A stretch of DNA of 64,000 bases from Spizellomyces punctatus DAOM BR117 (lineage: Eukaryota). Positions 41,035 through 54,471 of the stretch are shown in pieces. The DNA lies in the NCBI GenBank assembly GCA_000182565.2, contig KQ257456.1; one strand, 5' to 3'. The notes under the pieces are model-generated. The model had not been told where the DNA came from, did not search any database, and was given only the letters and a program-made list of their open reading frames with translations. The position numbers and the translations under genes were made by a program. Within the stretch, counting starts at the first letter, position 1. Every line of letters begins with the position of its first letter.

Positions 41035-44000
41035 ATGCGTCCTACGGAGCCCTCTGAACCACCAGACCGCCGGCACTCCCGAACTAATTCCCGTACCAAT
41101 TCCTTTCATGAAGACGCTTTGGCTATTACACCTTCCCGCCCCAACGAATTTCCGCCTGATCCGGACACGATTCTGTATGGCAGTTACGCCCCACCGTCGT
41201 CTATCGAAGAGGAGGGTGAATTTGAAGTTGAAAGGCCTGCAGCAGATGAAGATGTTATACCAGAGGCGAATCATAATGGCATTCAAATTGACGAGGAGGA
41301 GGAGGAGGACGAAGATGATGAAGAAGAGGAACTAGTGAAGCCAGGGAAAGTATTGGGAAACATGCTTCGCGGTAAGGCTGCCGCAAGGCTACCTCAGCGC
41401 GCTGCAGCGATGGCCAGCCGTACGACTCGCAATGGACCCGGATATGGAACACTGGCGACCAGCGTTACCTATGATCAGATTCCCGTCCCATTGTATGATC
41501 AAGAGTACGAAGTCGACGAAGAAGTTCGTATTTTTATTTCTGGTCATCGATGGTCTCGACCAAAGATGTATATTTACTACACCCTCTGCATCTTGACTGG
41601 CGGCGTGCTGTGGCTTCTGTGTCGATGGTTCCCGCGGTGGGAATTGGCTTTGAGAACTGCTCGCTGTCCGCTGTCTGAAGCGTCTATTGTCGCAGTAAAA
41701 AACCAATGGAATCAATTACAAGTTGTTCCTGTGAAGAGGGAACCATTTGCTGGTGCTGTAGCGGATGTTTTCCAAAAGAGCGGCGTCTCAAAGGAAGGAC
41801 ATGCGGACAACGGAGAAGATACGCACAACTTGCGTGACTGGAAGCTTCCTTACTTGATAAAGTTTGAATACCGCTATGTGCAATTTATATTTAACCCGTT
41901 TACCGGCCAGTACGAGCCGAATTTGTACTGGCGGGACTACCGATGGACCTCAGTGGACAGAGTTGTGAAGGGTCTGTACAATGACGACCTCGTCGAGCAA
42001 CGTAAAAAGATTTTTGGACAGAATGCCGTTGAAATCAAGGAGAAGCCTATTTTCCGCCTTCTCATGGATGAGGTTTTGCACCCATTCTACGTATTCCAAG
42101 TTGCGAGTATTATTCTTTGGTCTTTGGACGATTATTACTTCTACGCTGCCTGTATCTTCATTATTTCGACCACTTCCGCCATGGCAACCCTTTTTGAGAC
42201 ACGGGAAACGATGCGTCGCATGCGAGAGTTGAGTCGCTTCAGCTGCGAGGTAAGAGTTTTACGGCAAGGCCAATGGCGTGTTATGCGGTCCGAGGAAATT
42301 GTACCTGGGGATGTGTATGAAGTATCTTCAAGCATGCTGCAAGTTTATCCATGTGACGGGGTCCTTCTCGATGGTGACTGTATTGTCAACGAGAGCATGC
42401 TCACCGGTGAGAGTGTCCCTGTGTCGAAAACTCCTATCAAAGACGTTGAGCTCCGCACGCTGGATATCTGGGAAGAGGATCCTGCCAGCAGCAGTCGCAT
42501 GTCCCGATTCTTCCTCTTTGCCGGTACCAAAATTATTCGAGTGCGACCGGGCAGTCGGTCAGGTACCGCCACTCCTGTTGGCCCTGACCCCTCTTTGCAA
42601 TATGGTCAAGCAGGGGCATTGGCGTTAGCGGTTCGGACGGGGTTTAACACCACAAAGGGCAGCCTGGTGCGCTCGATGCTATTCCCTAAACCGAACAGTT
42701 TCAAGTTCTACAGGGACTCTTTCCGCTTCATCGGCGTATTGGCAATTATCGCAGGACTTGGATTCATAGGATCATTCTACAACTTCGTTGTGCTAGGCGT
42801 AGCAGGAACAATGATTTTGATTAGAGCCTTGGATCTGATCACAATTGTGGTACCGCCAGCTCTACCCGCGACAATGGCTATCGGAACGAGTTTCGCTATA
42901 GGACGGTTACGCAAAGGGGACGTGTATTGCACTAGTCCTCCTAGAGTCAACATATGCGGAAAGCTGGATCTTATGGCATTTGACAAAACGGGAACCTTAA
43001 CGGAAGAAGGGCTCGATGTCCTTGGATTTCGCTTTACAGTTCCCAGTAACGTTATTGCGGACACCCCCGTCGAAGCCGTAGCCGTGTTGGAAGGTCCGCT
43101 GAGATTTTCCGCCTTGTACAGAAGCGTTGATGCTGTTATACCACCTGGAGCTTTACACATTCAAGGTGAAGCCTCTCCAGCCGAGTGGGTCCCACCTATT
43201 GAGAATGGCGGAATGTATGATCCACCGTCACGTGCACTTTCCGGGTTGTCAGTGTCTTTGGGAGTGATTCCCGGTCATCCCAATGGCTCAGAACCGGATT
43301 TTCCGTATCCTCTCATTGTGTGTGCTATGTCAACATGCCATTCCATCAAAGTAGTCAATGGAGAGTTGATCGGTGACCCGATGGACGTGAAAATGTTTGA
43401 GTTTACTGGCTGGCACATTGAAGAAGGGGGAAGTGCTGGAGGGCGCAAAAGCGGAAGCGCGACCCCTGAAAGAGGGGCACTGCCGCGCAAAGGGCCGGAT
43501 GAGAAAGCTGTGGCAGTTATTGTGCGACCGCCCGATCCAGTGGAGTTCAAACGTGCAGAGTGGGGTTTGACCGGTAAACCTAAACCGGAGCGTAAGGTGT
43601 ACACTGAGCTCGGAATCATCCGATCATTCGAATTTGTCAGTGGACTACGTCGGATGTCTGTCATCGTTCGTCGGCTCCGGTTTCTTCAAGGTTTCATGTT
43701 CCCCTCTCAGTCTGGGTTTGGATTACATGATGGGTTTGCAGAGAACGGCCCAGTATTGGCCGGAGAAAAGGAGTTTGAAGTCTTCGTTAAGGGTGCACCA
43801 GAAGTTATGCGGGCTATCTGCTTGCCAGAATCGCGTAAGTTGTGTCGGCGGTCCTTCATGTTATTTTGAATGCTGAAACCCTAAACCGGAATTCTCTATA
43901 TGAAAATAGTACCAGCCGACTATGAGCAGCAGCTGAACGACTATGCCCACCACGGTTACCGTGTCATAGCTTGCGCATGGCGACGAATTGAGGGCATCAG

Positions 44001-45927
44001 TTACCACAAGGTCATGCGGATGAAGCGCGAGGCAGTCGAGCGTGATCTGCAATTTCTCGGTTTCATTATATTTGAGAACAAGCTTAAACCTGGAACGGCG
44101 CCGGTTGTAGAAGCCCTGAGAAAGGCTCGCATTCGAGAGGTTATGTGTACCGGTCAGTAAAGATACAAGCGTCTATGCCAGGAAAAAGACAGAAAAAGCT
44201 GACAGAGTACTGTATCAGGGGACAACATCTTGACAGCTATATCTGTTTCTCGTGAATGTGGATTGGTGGATCCTCACGAGAAAACATTTGTCCCTCACTT
44301 TTTACCAGGTGCTCCACCGACATCTGAGGATGCGCAGATCGTGTGGGAAGACGTCGATGGGAGCGGGGCGACCTTGGATTCGGAGACCCTTTTGGTACGT
44401 TTTCAGCATTAGATATATAGCATGACATTCTCACAAACCATTTTCCTGTAATACAGCCCAAAACAGGCCCAAAGCCGCTAAGGAACACTTTGCCTTTGCA
44501 AAGCATGCCAGATTTCCTTCGCCAATCTTCACTGCCGTCCTATGAGGAGCTGGATGGCGCTAGTTCGACGCGCAGCGACACGGAGGAATTTATTGTCGAT
44601 GTGAACTCCATAGCGGCGAAAGTCGGCGAGTATAACCTGGCGGTAACAGGGGATGTCTTCCAATGGATGCTAGAGTTTGGTTCAGATGACAGCTTCAACA
44701 GGGTATGTGGTGTGAATCGCGATTTACCATCATCACAGTTCGATTCATTGGCTCCCCTTGAATAGATGTTAGTGAAGGGTCAAATCTACGCACGCATGTC
44801 TCCGGATCAGAAGCACTTTCTAGTGGAGAACTTCCAGGAGCTTGGCTATTGCACTGGTTTCTGCGGTGACGGTGCTAATGACTGCGGAGCGCTGAAGTCA
44901 GCTGATGTCGGCCTGTCACTCTCTGAAGCCGAGGCCTCTGTCGCTGCTCCCTTCACGTCGCGTTCCACGGATCTCGAATGTGTCCTTCGCGTTATTCGAG
45001 AAGGTCGGGCGGCGCTCGTTACATCTTTCAGCTGTTTCAAGTACATGGCATTGTATTCCCTCATCCAATTCACGTCCGTCTCCCTTTTGTATTCCCTTGC
45101 TGGCAATCTGGGAGATTTCCAGTTCCTGTACATCGATCTTGCCCTGATCATTCCCATTGCTGTCTTCATGGGTCGATCAGGCGCTCATCCTCGGATCTAT
45201 CGCAAGCGACCAACTGCAAGTTTGGTTAGTCGGAAGGTCCTAACGAGTTTAATTTGTCAAGTTATTATTCAAGCCGCTTTCCAAGTTTGGGTCTTTTTGT
45301 GGGTACGCCGCCAACCTTGGTACCGGCCGCCTCGGGGACATGTGGATGACAAGATTTATACCGGTTACGAAAACACTGTGGTGTTTTTATTAAGTTGTTT
45401 TCAGTACATTGCGGTTGCCGCAGCTTTTTGTGTTGGGCCACCATATCGGGAGAGTATGTGGAAGAATGGTGAGTATGGGACTGCTTGGCTTGAATCGCAC
45501 CTTAATACGCGCAAATAACGCAATTTCCCGTGTATTAGTACCCTTCCTTACTACGGTGACTTTGCTTGTCGCCTTTTCTACATATATCACGTTATATCCA
45601 TCGCCGTTCATCTCTAGTATGCTGGATCTCGTAGACATTCCCTTCTCCGGACGATTGGTTGTCTTTGGCCTTGGGGTGGCAGATTGGATTGTAACATGGA
45701 CTGGTGAACATTGGGTGTTCCCGGCTGTGGCAAAGGCAATAAAGGGTGCCGGCGTCGGTAAACGAGCACTGGTGGCTGGCCGTGGAGGCACAGCTCCTGG
45801 TGGGGAAGCTGCTGCAGCTCGGAAGGCGAAGATGGAAGTGAAACGGGAGAGATGGAGGAAGAAGGGAAAGATCTACAAGCTTGTCATGGATGACATGAAA
45901 ACGGAATCATGCAATGGGATTAGCTGA
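41035..45927 (+). CDS. YPK9: P5B-type ATPase (Ypk9/ATP13A2-like polyamine transporter)
   Basis: LTGES, TM4 PPALP (P5B signature), DKTGTLT, KGAPE, TGDN and [11 protein letters not shown]. Confidence 0.95.
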
Positions 45928-46187
45928 CATTGGGCTGGGGGTAGCTTCAGCTTGGTAAATACTGATTTAAGGCGCTTGAGTGCGGGCGTTCCTTGTTCAT
46001 TGATGTAATTTGGCCGTTTAAAAAAAATGGGACTTTTTCTGGTGCGAGAGTTTATGTTTGGATTATATGATGCGTGACATGTACGTGAAGGCATACTGTA
46101 GCAGGTAACGAAGACTTTCCACGGAAGCCAGTAATTGATTCTTTTTGTTGGACGTTTCACTGGAACTTGACTCAAGATGTTCTACAT

Positions 46188-49100
46188 CTATTGAAGGGCA
46201 GACGCCTGATGTTCCTCCCGCCATCTCTTTAAAGCATCTGTCCAAACGGGGATCTCATATTTTACGCCGTTCAGCACCTCGTTCAAAGCTTGTTTCCACA
46301 TGTCCGTCAAATCCACTGCCCTCCATTCTCCCATCAATCCAGTTTCTCTTGGATCTATTCCAGTTAGCTTTGCAAATATATCGGCCTCCTTTTGATATAC
46401 GTTCACTTCCTCTGGGTCCACCCCGAATACCATCTCTCGACCGTCCTTGAATGATAGAATAAATGCTGCAGATGGGTCTGGCAAATCGTCCAGATCGTCT
46501 TCTGCATCATTATCTTGCCTTTCAGCCATGGATACCGACCATGAGGAAGTTGTGGAGGCGGTTCGACAGTGAGCGTTCCTCGTGTAGCTGTGCCATGTTT
46601 CAATGTTTTTTAGTTCTATCGTGAAGAGATGAGCTTCGTGGGTTTGTGTCAGTGGGGGTGGGAGATGGGTTTCATGGTGGAGGTCATGGGTATCCCAAGG
46701 GGTGTGAATGATGGTCGGTGAGGCGGCGGGTTGGTACACATGCAGTTTGGCACCAATCAAACGGTAATATCTTCGGCGGTATTTCTTGGAAATGATGTTA
46801 GGTTAGGCATGGGGGGGAGTATATATGGGCGATCTGGTTTTTAGATACCTTTTGAACGTCACCTCCGAGCTGCCACAGGTGTCCCTCCATCGATAATGCG
46901 TCGTTCCATTCTTGTACTCTGACGGATAAATCGTATTCATCCCACGTCTGTGGCAGAAGCGAAAGCTGGATACGACAACGAACGATTGAGAGTTGGGGTA
47001 AGAATTAATGCATGGAAGAGTATTCTGGGCTTGTCCGACAAACTGAGTGCCATCCTTACCTCAACGTCATTCATAAACGGTAGATAACCCATGCGACAGG
47101 CAATCTTCCCCACCAAGTCCCCATGAACGAGTGCACCTCTCCACTGGAGGACGTGCGCATCAAAAACACGCTCCCTTATTTTGCCGGTTGCTTCCTCAAG
47201 GAGATTTCCCCAATCCGATTCTGATAGCTCTGTTTCGGCTACTAGGAGGGAGCCAGGCAAAAAGTTCCATGTGTCGCCGGCCTTATGGGGCGCTGGGGTA
47301 TCTGCGGAAAACTGGTGGGTGAAGGATGATAGAGAAGATGATCTGGACGTTGAAACGGGAAGGTTTCGGTTACTGTTGGCGTCCAGCACTTCTGATGTGG
47401 AATGATGAGTAGAGATTGGCGGTCGGGTTTTGGGTAGAGTCATGTCTCCTTGCTTTCGGCCGCGGAATAGTTTGGTAAGACGTTTGGATTTGCGTTGTGG
47501 TTGTGAATCGAGGCGTGCGTGGTGTCTATTGGTGGATGGTGCCGTCACAGAGAGGTCGTCAGCATTCAATCGGGATTTGAAGTAGAATACGAATGAGAGA
47601 GAGTGCTTTGGCAGAAGGGGACTGTTTTGCGAAACGAAAAGTATTGATGTTAGTGCAGATTCAATCTAAACTCTCCACAAACTGCGACGGTACATTTCAC
47701 ACTCAAAGTCAAGGATGACGTGGTTTTCCCCGCTTCGCAATGTTGCGTCCGTTTCCAACTCGTATTCTCGCTCGGCTTTTTGTTGTCGGATATTGATGGT
47801 AACATCAATGTCTGGTGGCAGCGATCCGTTAATTTGATGCCAGATGACGGAGACTAAATATAAACTTACCATGATCCGTATTAAATACCATGTCTTGCAT
47901 CCGACATACTATCCACGAAGATTACTGCATCAATCGCTCGTCCAAGCGCGCGATAATGGGATGAACAAAGACTCACTTTTCAGATACAGTATACCAGTTC
48001 TGCCCTTTGGCCATTCGGATGCAGGGATGAGCATTTCGGACGTGCTGTACAGTATTCGTTTTGTTTCAAGTTCCCCTTTCCAGGCCCGCTTTTTTGATAT
48101 CAATGATATAGGTATTGGTCAACAAAAAGTTTTGCTGATATTTCACAAACGATCTTCAAACCTACCCCGAACCGCACTGTTTTTCTCTTTCCGTTATGCT
48201 TTTTTACAGTCTTCATCTTGCTGCCAATGATATCGTCTACAATAGATGCCAAGCTATCTTCCCTCGGGAGCTTTGCTGGAGGTGCTAATGTTGCGTACTC
48301 GATGTCTTCCTCGAAACCTTCGTCGATTGAGTCGACGAGGGACAGAGTGCTATCTTCTGAGTCGCGGTGCGTGAAGACTGTCACTGCATTAAAAGTACAT
48401 GCATAGATTTGTGTGAGCGGTAACTGCATAGAACGACGAGTGTCAAGTGTTGTTCTCATACATTGGCCAAGACTGTCCCGCCGACAGGGTGATGAACCTG
48501 TCCGTGGTGATCCTTTAGTTTTCACTTTTGCTCCCTTCTCATGCGTCTCCACCTCTGCTGCTGTAGCTACGTCAACAGCTACAGATTCAAGAGAGGCGGT
48601 CGATTGCGCCTGTGCAGAGTCCTCCACGGTAGACGTTTTGGACGATTTCGAATGGGAGCCCATGAATGAGGATAACCAGTCAGAATCCTCAAAGAAAGAG
48701 CCAAGTGACACGGAGGGGATCTGAAATTGTGGTATTGGTTGATTTGTTATTGGCATGAACGATACATTGGGACATGCACCTGCAACTTGGTTGGGCTCCA
48801 TATTCTTTTTATGCGATTTTTCATGTTATTGGCGGCCGATGAAGGAATCCGCGGTTCCTCTTCTTCCGTCGTCGTAGGTGGTTTGCTTCCCAGAACGATC
48901 TTGGGCTCTTCCTTTTCATCCACTTTTGTCGAGACATGCTCTGTATTGGAAGTATCGGGTTCTGGTACTTGAAGAACCGGCTCGGTAGGGGTAATGTGTG
49001 CAGAATGCAAGGGTGCAGCGGAATGTTGGTCGAGACATTGATCATTGTTGTCTTTGGTTATTGAAGATTCGTTTGCCAAATTCTGCTCTGTCCCACTCTC

Positions 49101-50616
49101 AAGCGGTAATTCTACAGCGTTTGACGGCAATGGATCTACTTTGGCCGCTCCAAGCATGTGGCCGCATATTGCAGTAGCGGTGGACGCTACGGGTATAGAC
49201 TCTACAATGTCTTGCTCTCTTTCTATTGTCGGTATCGTATTGGCAGGATTCACTTTCAAACCTTCCGGGGAGGTAGCTGATAAGCGCTGGCCAAATCTTT
49301 CCGATGATGAATTCTCAGTGATGTCAGGGACTTTGTCCTCAACTGTGTACGCTGGGACGCCATTGCCCGTTGATGCAGGTGTTTGTCCAGTTTCTGTTAG
49401 TGTGCTCCCACTGGGCGTTTTGCCACCCACCTCGCACTTTGAGGAAGTTACTTGACCTGATTGCGATTTGCGCTTATCTGGTGACCCCTTCCGGATTGGC
49501 CAAAAGCCGTGAAATTTCATCGATATTCCTTCACTCTTCTGCTCCCCTATTTGCTTGACGGTTGCATTTTGGTTAAGGATCTCAGCCTTGTCTTCCCCCT
49601 TGCATTTGTCGCTGTTTGTGGTTGAAGTATCCAGTTTTGATTTGCCTGAGCGCGTATCAGCAACAGGGCCTTTTGGAATGACATGATTGGAGGCATCGGT
49701 CGACTTCCACATATCCATACTTGGTAATGATCGCTTCTGAGACCAAGCCATGGCCAGCTTTGGCAGAGAGGTGAGAGATTCGTTAGATTCGTTGGATACT
49801 GTGCCGTTCGGTGCATTGAATTGTCTAGCAAGCTGGGCTTGAAGCTGGAACCATACAGTCATATCAGTCATGTAAAGCAAAAAACAAGTGAAAAAAGGCA
49901 TCCCCTGCAGCAGCCTAAAAACGTACCGAGCCCTTGATCTTTGATGGGAGAGTATTGCTCTTACCTGCCCGATCCGCTAAAAGGAAAGGATTTTGTTTGA
50001 ACGAAATAGATCCGCTGTCGCATGGATGGTTGTTTAAGTTGTCTGCAGCGTGTTGGTCAGTGTTTGTCTCAGTGGCTTTTGAGGTGGAGTCCGATGGGGC
50101 GAGAGAATGTCCTTGCTCGGGAGGGACCACTGGTTGCGTTGGTTGTACGATTTGCCCTGTGGAGGTGTCCCGGTTTACATGAGGTTCGGCTGCAGCTTCG
50201 GCGGGAGAGGTAGAGCAGCCTGTCGATGAACCATTGGTTAGATTTTCATTTTCCTCGGCGGGCAATGAGCGGTGTTGACCGGACATTGATCCGCTGTTTG
50301 GCGAAATATTCAGATTCGCGGTGTGATCACGATTCCTATCCTTTCCCTCCTGTCTTTTGGCCAAATTGACACTTGTTGGACCATGAGGAGTGTCATTCAC
50401 AGCTGGCCCCCTTCCCACGAGTCCCTCCTTGTTCTTCATCATTGCTAAAAAGGGGCTGTTGCTCACGGCACCTCGTGTTCGAAGGGAGGATATGTCCATT
50501 TCCCGGGTCTCCTCCTCTGCTGACTGCTCGAATTCAGCCGCTAGAGCGAACATCGGTTCTGTATTGGTGCCAGATGCAGCTGCAGTCCGCTCGCCGGATA
50601 TAGACGGATCTGCCAT
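46188..50616 (-). CDS. Anillin-like (Bud4/Mid2-type) protein with long disordered N-terminus and C-terminal PH domain
   Basis: Multi-exon. C-terminal VGKIACRMGYLP ... EGHLWQLGGDVQ/KYRRRYYRLIGAKL ... WKQAL follows the Bud4/anillin AH-PH pattern. Confidence 0.7.
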
Positions 50617-50981
50617 ACCGTATTCTGGGCACTGTGGGGAAAATATCTCCAGGGAGGTATCAGGGTCGGTGTCCTACCGCTGTATTTCCGACCTTAAGGT
50701 TGCTGACAGCGCCAGCACCAACTGCGTTCACAAAGTCCGAGCACTGCTATATACAAACAGGCCAGATATATCATGGGTGATCAGATTCGCTCAGCCCTTG
50801 TTTGTGGTGCTGCAGCAAGCCCTCGAAGGGCCATCCTTGAAAGGATGTGTAGGGATACTAGGCGCGTTCTTTGCCTGGCAGCTGACAACAATGTCTCTTC
50901 CTGCAGATCCTTATGAGGCTCGATATCATTTTACTAGTACAGGAATCGTCATCTATCTGGTACATAGACTACCATCTAGTT

Positions 50982-51640
50982 TTACAATAACACAGCGGCA
51001 CCCATAATAGCCGCTCCACCAATGATGCTCAGGGTGCTTCTAACTGTGTCACCAGAGTTTGTCTTTGAGTCTGCGGGCTTCACGGTAGAGGGATTGGCGA
51101 AAGGGTTTGATGTAGGCGATGGTGGGAGAGGATTGGTAGTGTTACGGGCTGCAGGTGATTCCGCTGAGATAACTTTTTGTGTCATCTGCACGCAGGTCGT
51201 AGCGGGGAGAGCAGCGGCACCAGCAATCTACAGATTAAATTGACAATCAGTACATTCTCGTTTCTACTGACCCAACAACCACCATGGACAGTAACCTGTG
51301 TAGCTTCCAGTTCACATCCGGGAATCTGTCTCAAGCAGTTTGCGACTGTTGTCAGCTGTGTCTTTTGCGCGCACAAGCTGTCGGCGGTTGCTCCATTGAA
51401 GCAAGTTGTTCGACGCTGAAAATCGCAATTACCAGCTGCAGGAATGGTCACATTTCCCGCTGGAGGCGCCGTTCCGTTGACATTTGTGGGTCTAGGGAGA
51501 ATCGACGTTGTGGTTGACGGAGACGGTAAGACGGATGAAGACGTATTGGGTGCCGCAGAGCTAGGAGAGGGTGACGGCTGGGCAATGGACAATGGAGCAG
51601 CAAGAAAGCCAAAGAAAAGTGCGGCTGTAAACAACTTCAT
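50982..51640 (-). CDS. Secreted Ser/Pro/Thr-rich, six-Cys, probably GPI-anchored protein (2 exons)
   Basis: Signal peptide MKLFTAALFFGFLAAPLSIA, PST-rich stalk, six-Cys domain across the intron, NSG omega-like site and hydrophobic tail. TATA-like element at 51737-51744. Confidence 0.8.
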
Positions 51641-52485
51641 AGCGTTCGCAATACTTGTAAATAAACGGTAAAAATCAGCCCGACGACTAAAGGCCAAAGT
51701 CAGCTTGCGGGGGCCTTTTTGATGGAATAGCTTGCCTATATAAAGCCCACCGGCAATGTGTAGCCTATTTAACGTAAATTGGACAAATTGGCAATCAACA
51801 AGAATGGAATTTTCGCTAATTTGGACCAGTTGCAAATGTCACCAACCGATTGGAAAAGCGTTCAAATGCCGAGAGATGTCTTTGCAAAAATGTGTAAGAA
51901 ACGTAACGTTCCAAACAGTAAGTCGTCGTCGTCGTCGTTGTCTTTCAACGTTCTCCCCCCCCCGCCGTGGTCAAAAAGCTTTTGCTCGTCGTCGTCGTTT
52001 CGTTGTGTTGTTTTTTGCATTTGGAACGCGACGCTTTTTTACTCGAAATTTTCCATTCCGCTTCGTGTTGCCAAAAAGCAAGGTCGGCTGTTTTTCTTTT
52101 TCGTCTTCTTCTTTTTGGCTGTTCGTTTGGTCGAAACGGTTTTTTTTCCTTTACTTTACTTGTAAGCTTACGGCTGTCGTTCAACTTTTGGGTTGTTTAC
52201 CCGCTCGTTGGTTTGACGACGAGAAGCAACGCTTTCAGTTCAACCCCGCCAACGTGTGTGTTTCTTTTGACTCTTTTGCCCATCCGCATTTCGTTGTGTG
52301 CAGCAAACAGAGTTGACTTATTCGCACTTTTAAGCATTTCCGCGTTCCTTCTCCGCCTTGGTTGACCAAAACTCGAGGCCCTCCAGGTTCAAACCTGTGC
52401 CGCTAAACCTCCCAAAAACCCCCCACCAAAAAGCGCGCACCTTTGGGTCTTTTTCAACCATTTTCCAAAGGCCCAACCCATAGAC

Positions 52486-54019
52486 ATGCAATCGACCACA
52501 GCCACTACATCGCTTCCACTTCCCTTCTCTCTTCCCTTTTCCTTTTATCCTATCACAAACTACCTTCCTACCATACCCCTACCAAAGTTCTTGATCAAGG
52601 CAGAAAACCCTGATATACGATTGCCGGAAGATCTGCTCGATTTCCTATGGTTCGCAATTGGTTGGGCGATACTACATGCCGTGCTGCTGAAATATGTCTT
52701 TGAGGTACGTATTCCTGAGCTTGAAAGCAGGGAAGATTTTGCCAAAAAGTTGGAGATGCCGTGATTTTTACTGGCGAACAAACGGCAAAGGGACTTCCCG
52801 CTTGGCCCTATCATGGCCACAGGAGAGAGAGAGAGAGAACGAGTGGCAGATATTCCTGTTCTGTCCTTTTGCTCACGGTCATGTCTCTTGTGTGGTGTTC
52901 AGCCTCTAGCTCGTTACCTTGTTCCTCCACCCAATGCTCCTACGAAAGCTGACCCAAAAGTTGCCGATGCAATCGAGGGCTGTTCGTCTTCAACTACCAG
53001 CAAATCTGCTCCAAAGATTCGAGCTAGGAAAGGGGCAAACGGTATCAGTGCGACCCATCCTCACAAAAAGGCTCCACGAGAGCTCGCGCGTCTGCCTCCC
53101 GTAGACGATCGAACGAAATTCTCTCTGTCTGCTTGGAAGCTAGTTACTTATGGTGCGAGTACAGTGACAGGGCTCTACATTCTGTTTTCGGAAGACTGGA
53201 TGTTGACCCCAGACATGTATTGGGAGCAAGTAGGGCAACCCGGACGGATGAGGTAAAAGAATGACCTCCAGTCCAATGCCAAAGATGGAGCTGATACTAA
53301 TCTACCAAATTGTGGGCATGTGTAGCGATCTCGTCAAATTCTATTATAAGCTGGGGTTCAGCAGCTATCTCTATCATTCCGTTACCATCTTCTTCGAACC
53401 AAAGCAGAAAGATTTCCCGGTGATGGTGACCCATCATCTTGTCACTCTCATCCTCATGTTTTTGAGTTATGTGTGGCCGTATTACCGAGTTGGATGCGCA
53501 ATCTTATTGCTGCATGATTGCAGCGACCCGATTATGGAGGCGGCCAAGATGGCACTGTATTCTGGCAAAACACGGGTGAGTGCACGCAGAGTCAGCCGAA
53601 GCAGAAATGTTACTTATGGATTACGATCCTTAGGCTGCCGATGCACTTTTCGCGGCCTTTGCGGCCGTGTTTATCTGGACGCGCAACTGGATTTTCCCAG
53701 TCTACGTTATCCGGAGTTGCTAGTAGGCATTCAGTCCCTTTTGGCAGTTGCATTTTTACCAAGATGTTAATTGTTGCCGATTTTCAGCGATTGGTCATTC
53801 AAGGATAATACGTCACTGATCACCCCGGCAACCGCAGCGACAGCATTTTTGATATTGTTGGAAGCCTTCCATTTGTATTGGGCGTCTCTGGTGAGCTGCT
53901 CTTTTATTCAGTCATTTGATGTGGTTTGAATTGCTGACACTCTGGTACTTTAGATATTGAAAATGGCCAAAAAGGCCATCCTAGATAAAGGTGTCAGTGA
54001 CGATACACGAAACCATTAA
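52486..54019 (+). CDS. LAG1: Ceramide synthase (TLC/Lag1 domain)
   Basis: KFSLSAWK and Lag1 motif QKDFPVMVTHHLVT...RVGCAILLLHDCSDPIMEAAK. Ends DDTRNH*. Confidence 0.9.
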
Positions 54020-54471
54020 GGACTTTTTCTCTAAGCACGCGCGGTTAGATGTGGTATCAAAGAATGGCCTTGGTTATGAACCTTATAAAGATTATTATGA
54101 GGGATACATAGGCTGACATTCGCTCGAATGTTGGTCAACCTTTTGCAGACTGTTTTTAGAGAAGGGTTGACCTTGAAATGAAATCATTGCATATATCACA
54201 AGGCGCTCGATTGTGACAGTTGGCAAAGAACGCATTGAACAAACGTGACCTGTACGCGACCGTCATGAACATCATCTTGTCCGACTTCCTTCATTCTACT
54301 TCAGATAGAACCATTTATCGCCCTTCCCTTGGCAAATAAAATACCGCCCATTTCCCCCACTGTATGAAACCCATCCAAATAGATAAGCGCTACCAAAATA
54401 CATTAGCTATTTCTCAAATAACAAAAAAAGAAAACTGGGAAGACGCAAACTATTAATGGTAAATAACATCA

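Noticed and set aside
52025-52037. 13-mer AACGCGACGCTTT repeated at 57955
   Set aside because: Identical 13-mer pairs are expected by chance in 64 kb, and the core also occurs in coding exons.
51756-52365. Phe/Arg-rich ORFs in the divergent spacer
   Set aside because: They arise from T-runs and (GTC)n microsatellites in promoter DNA.
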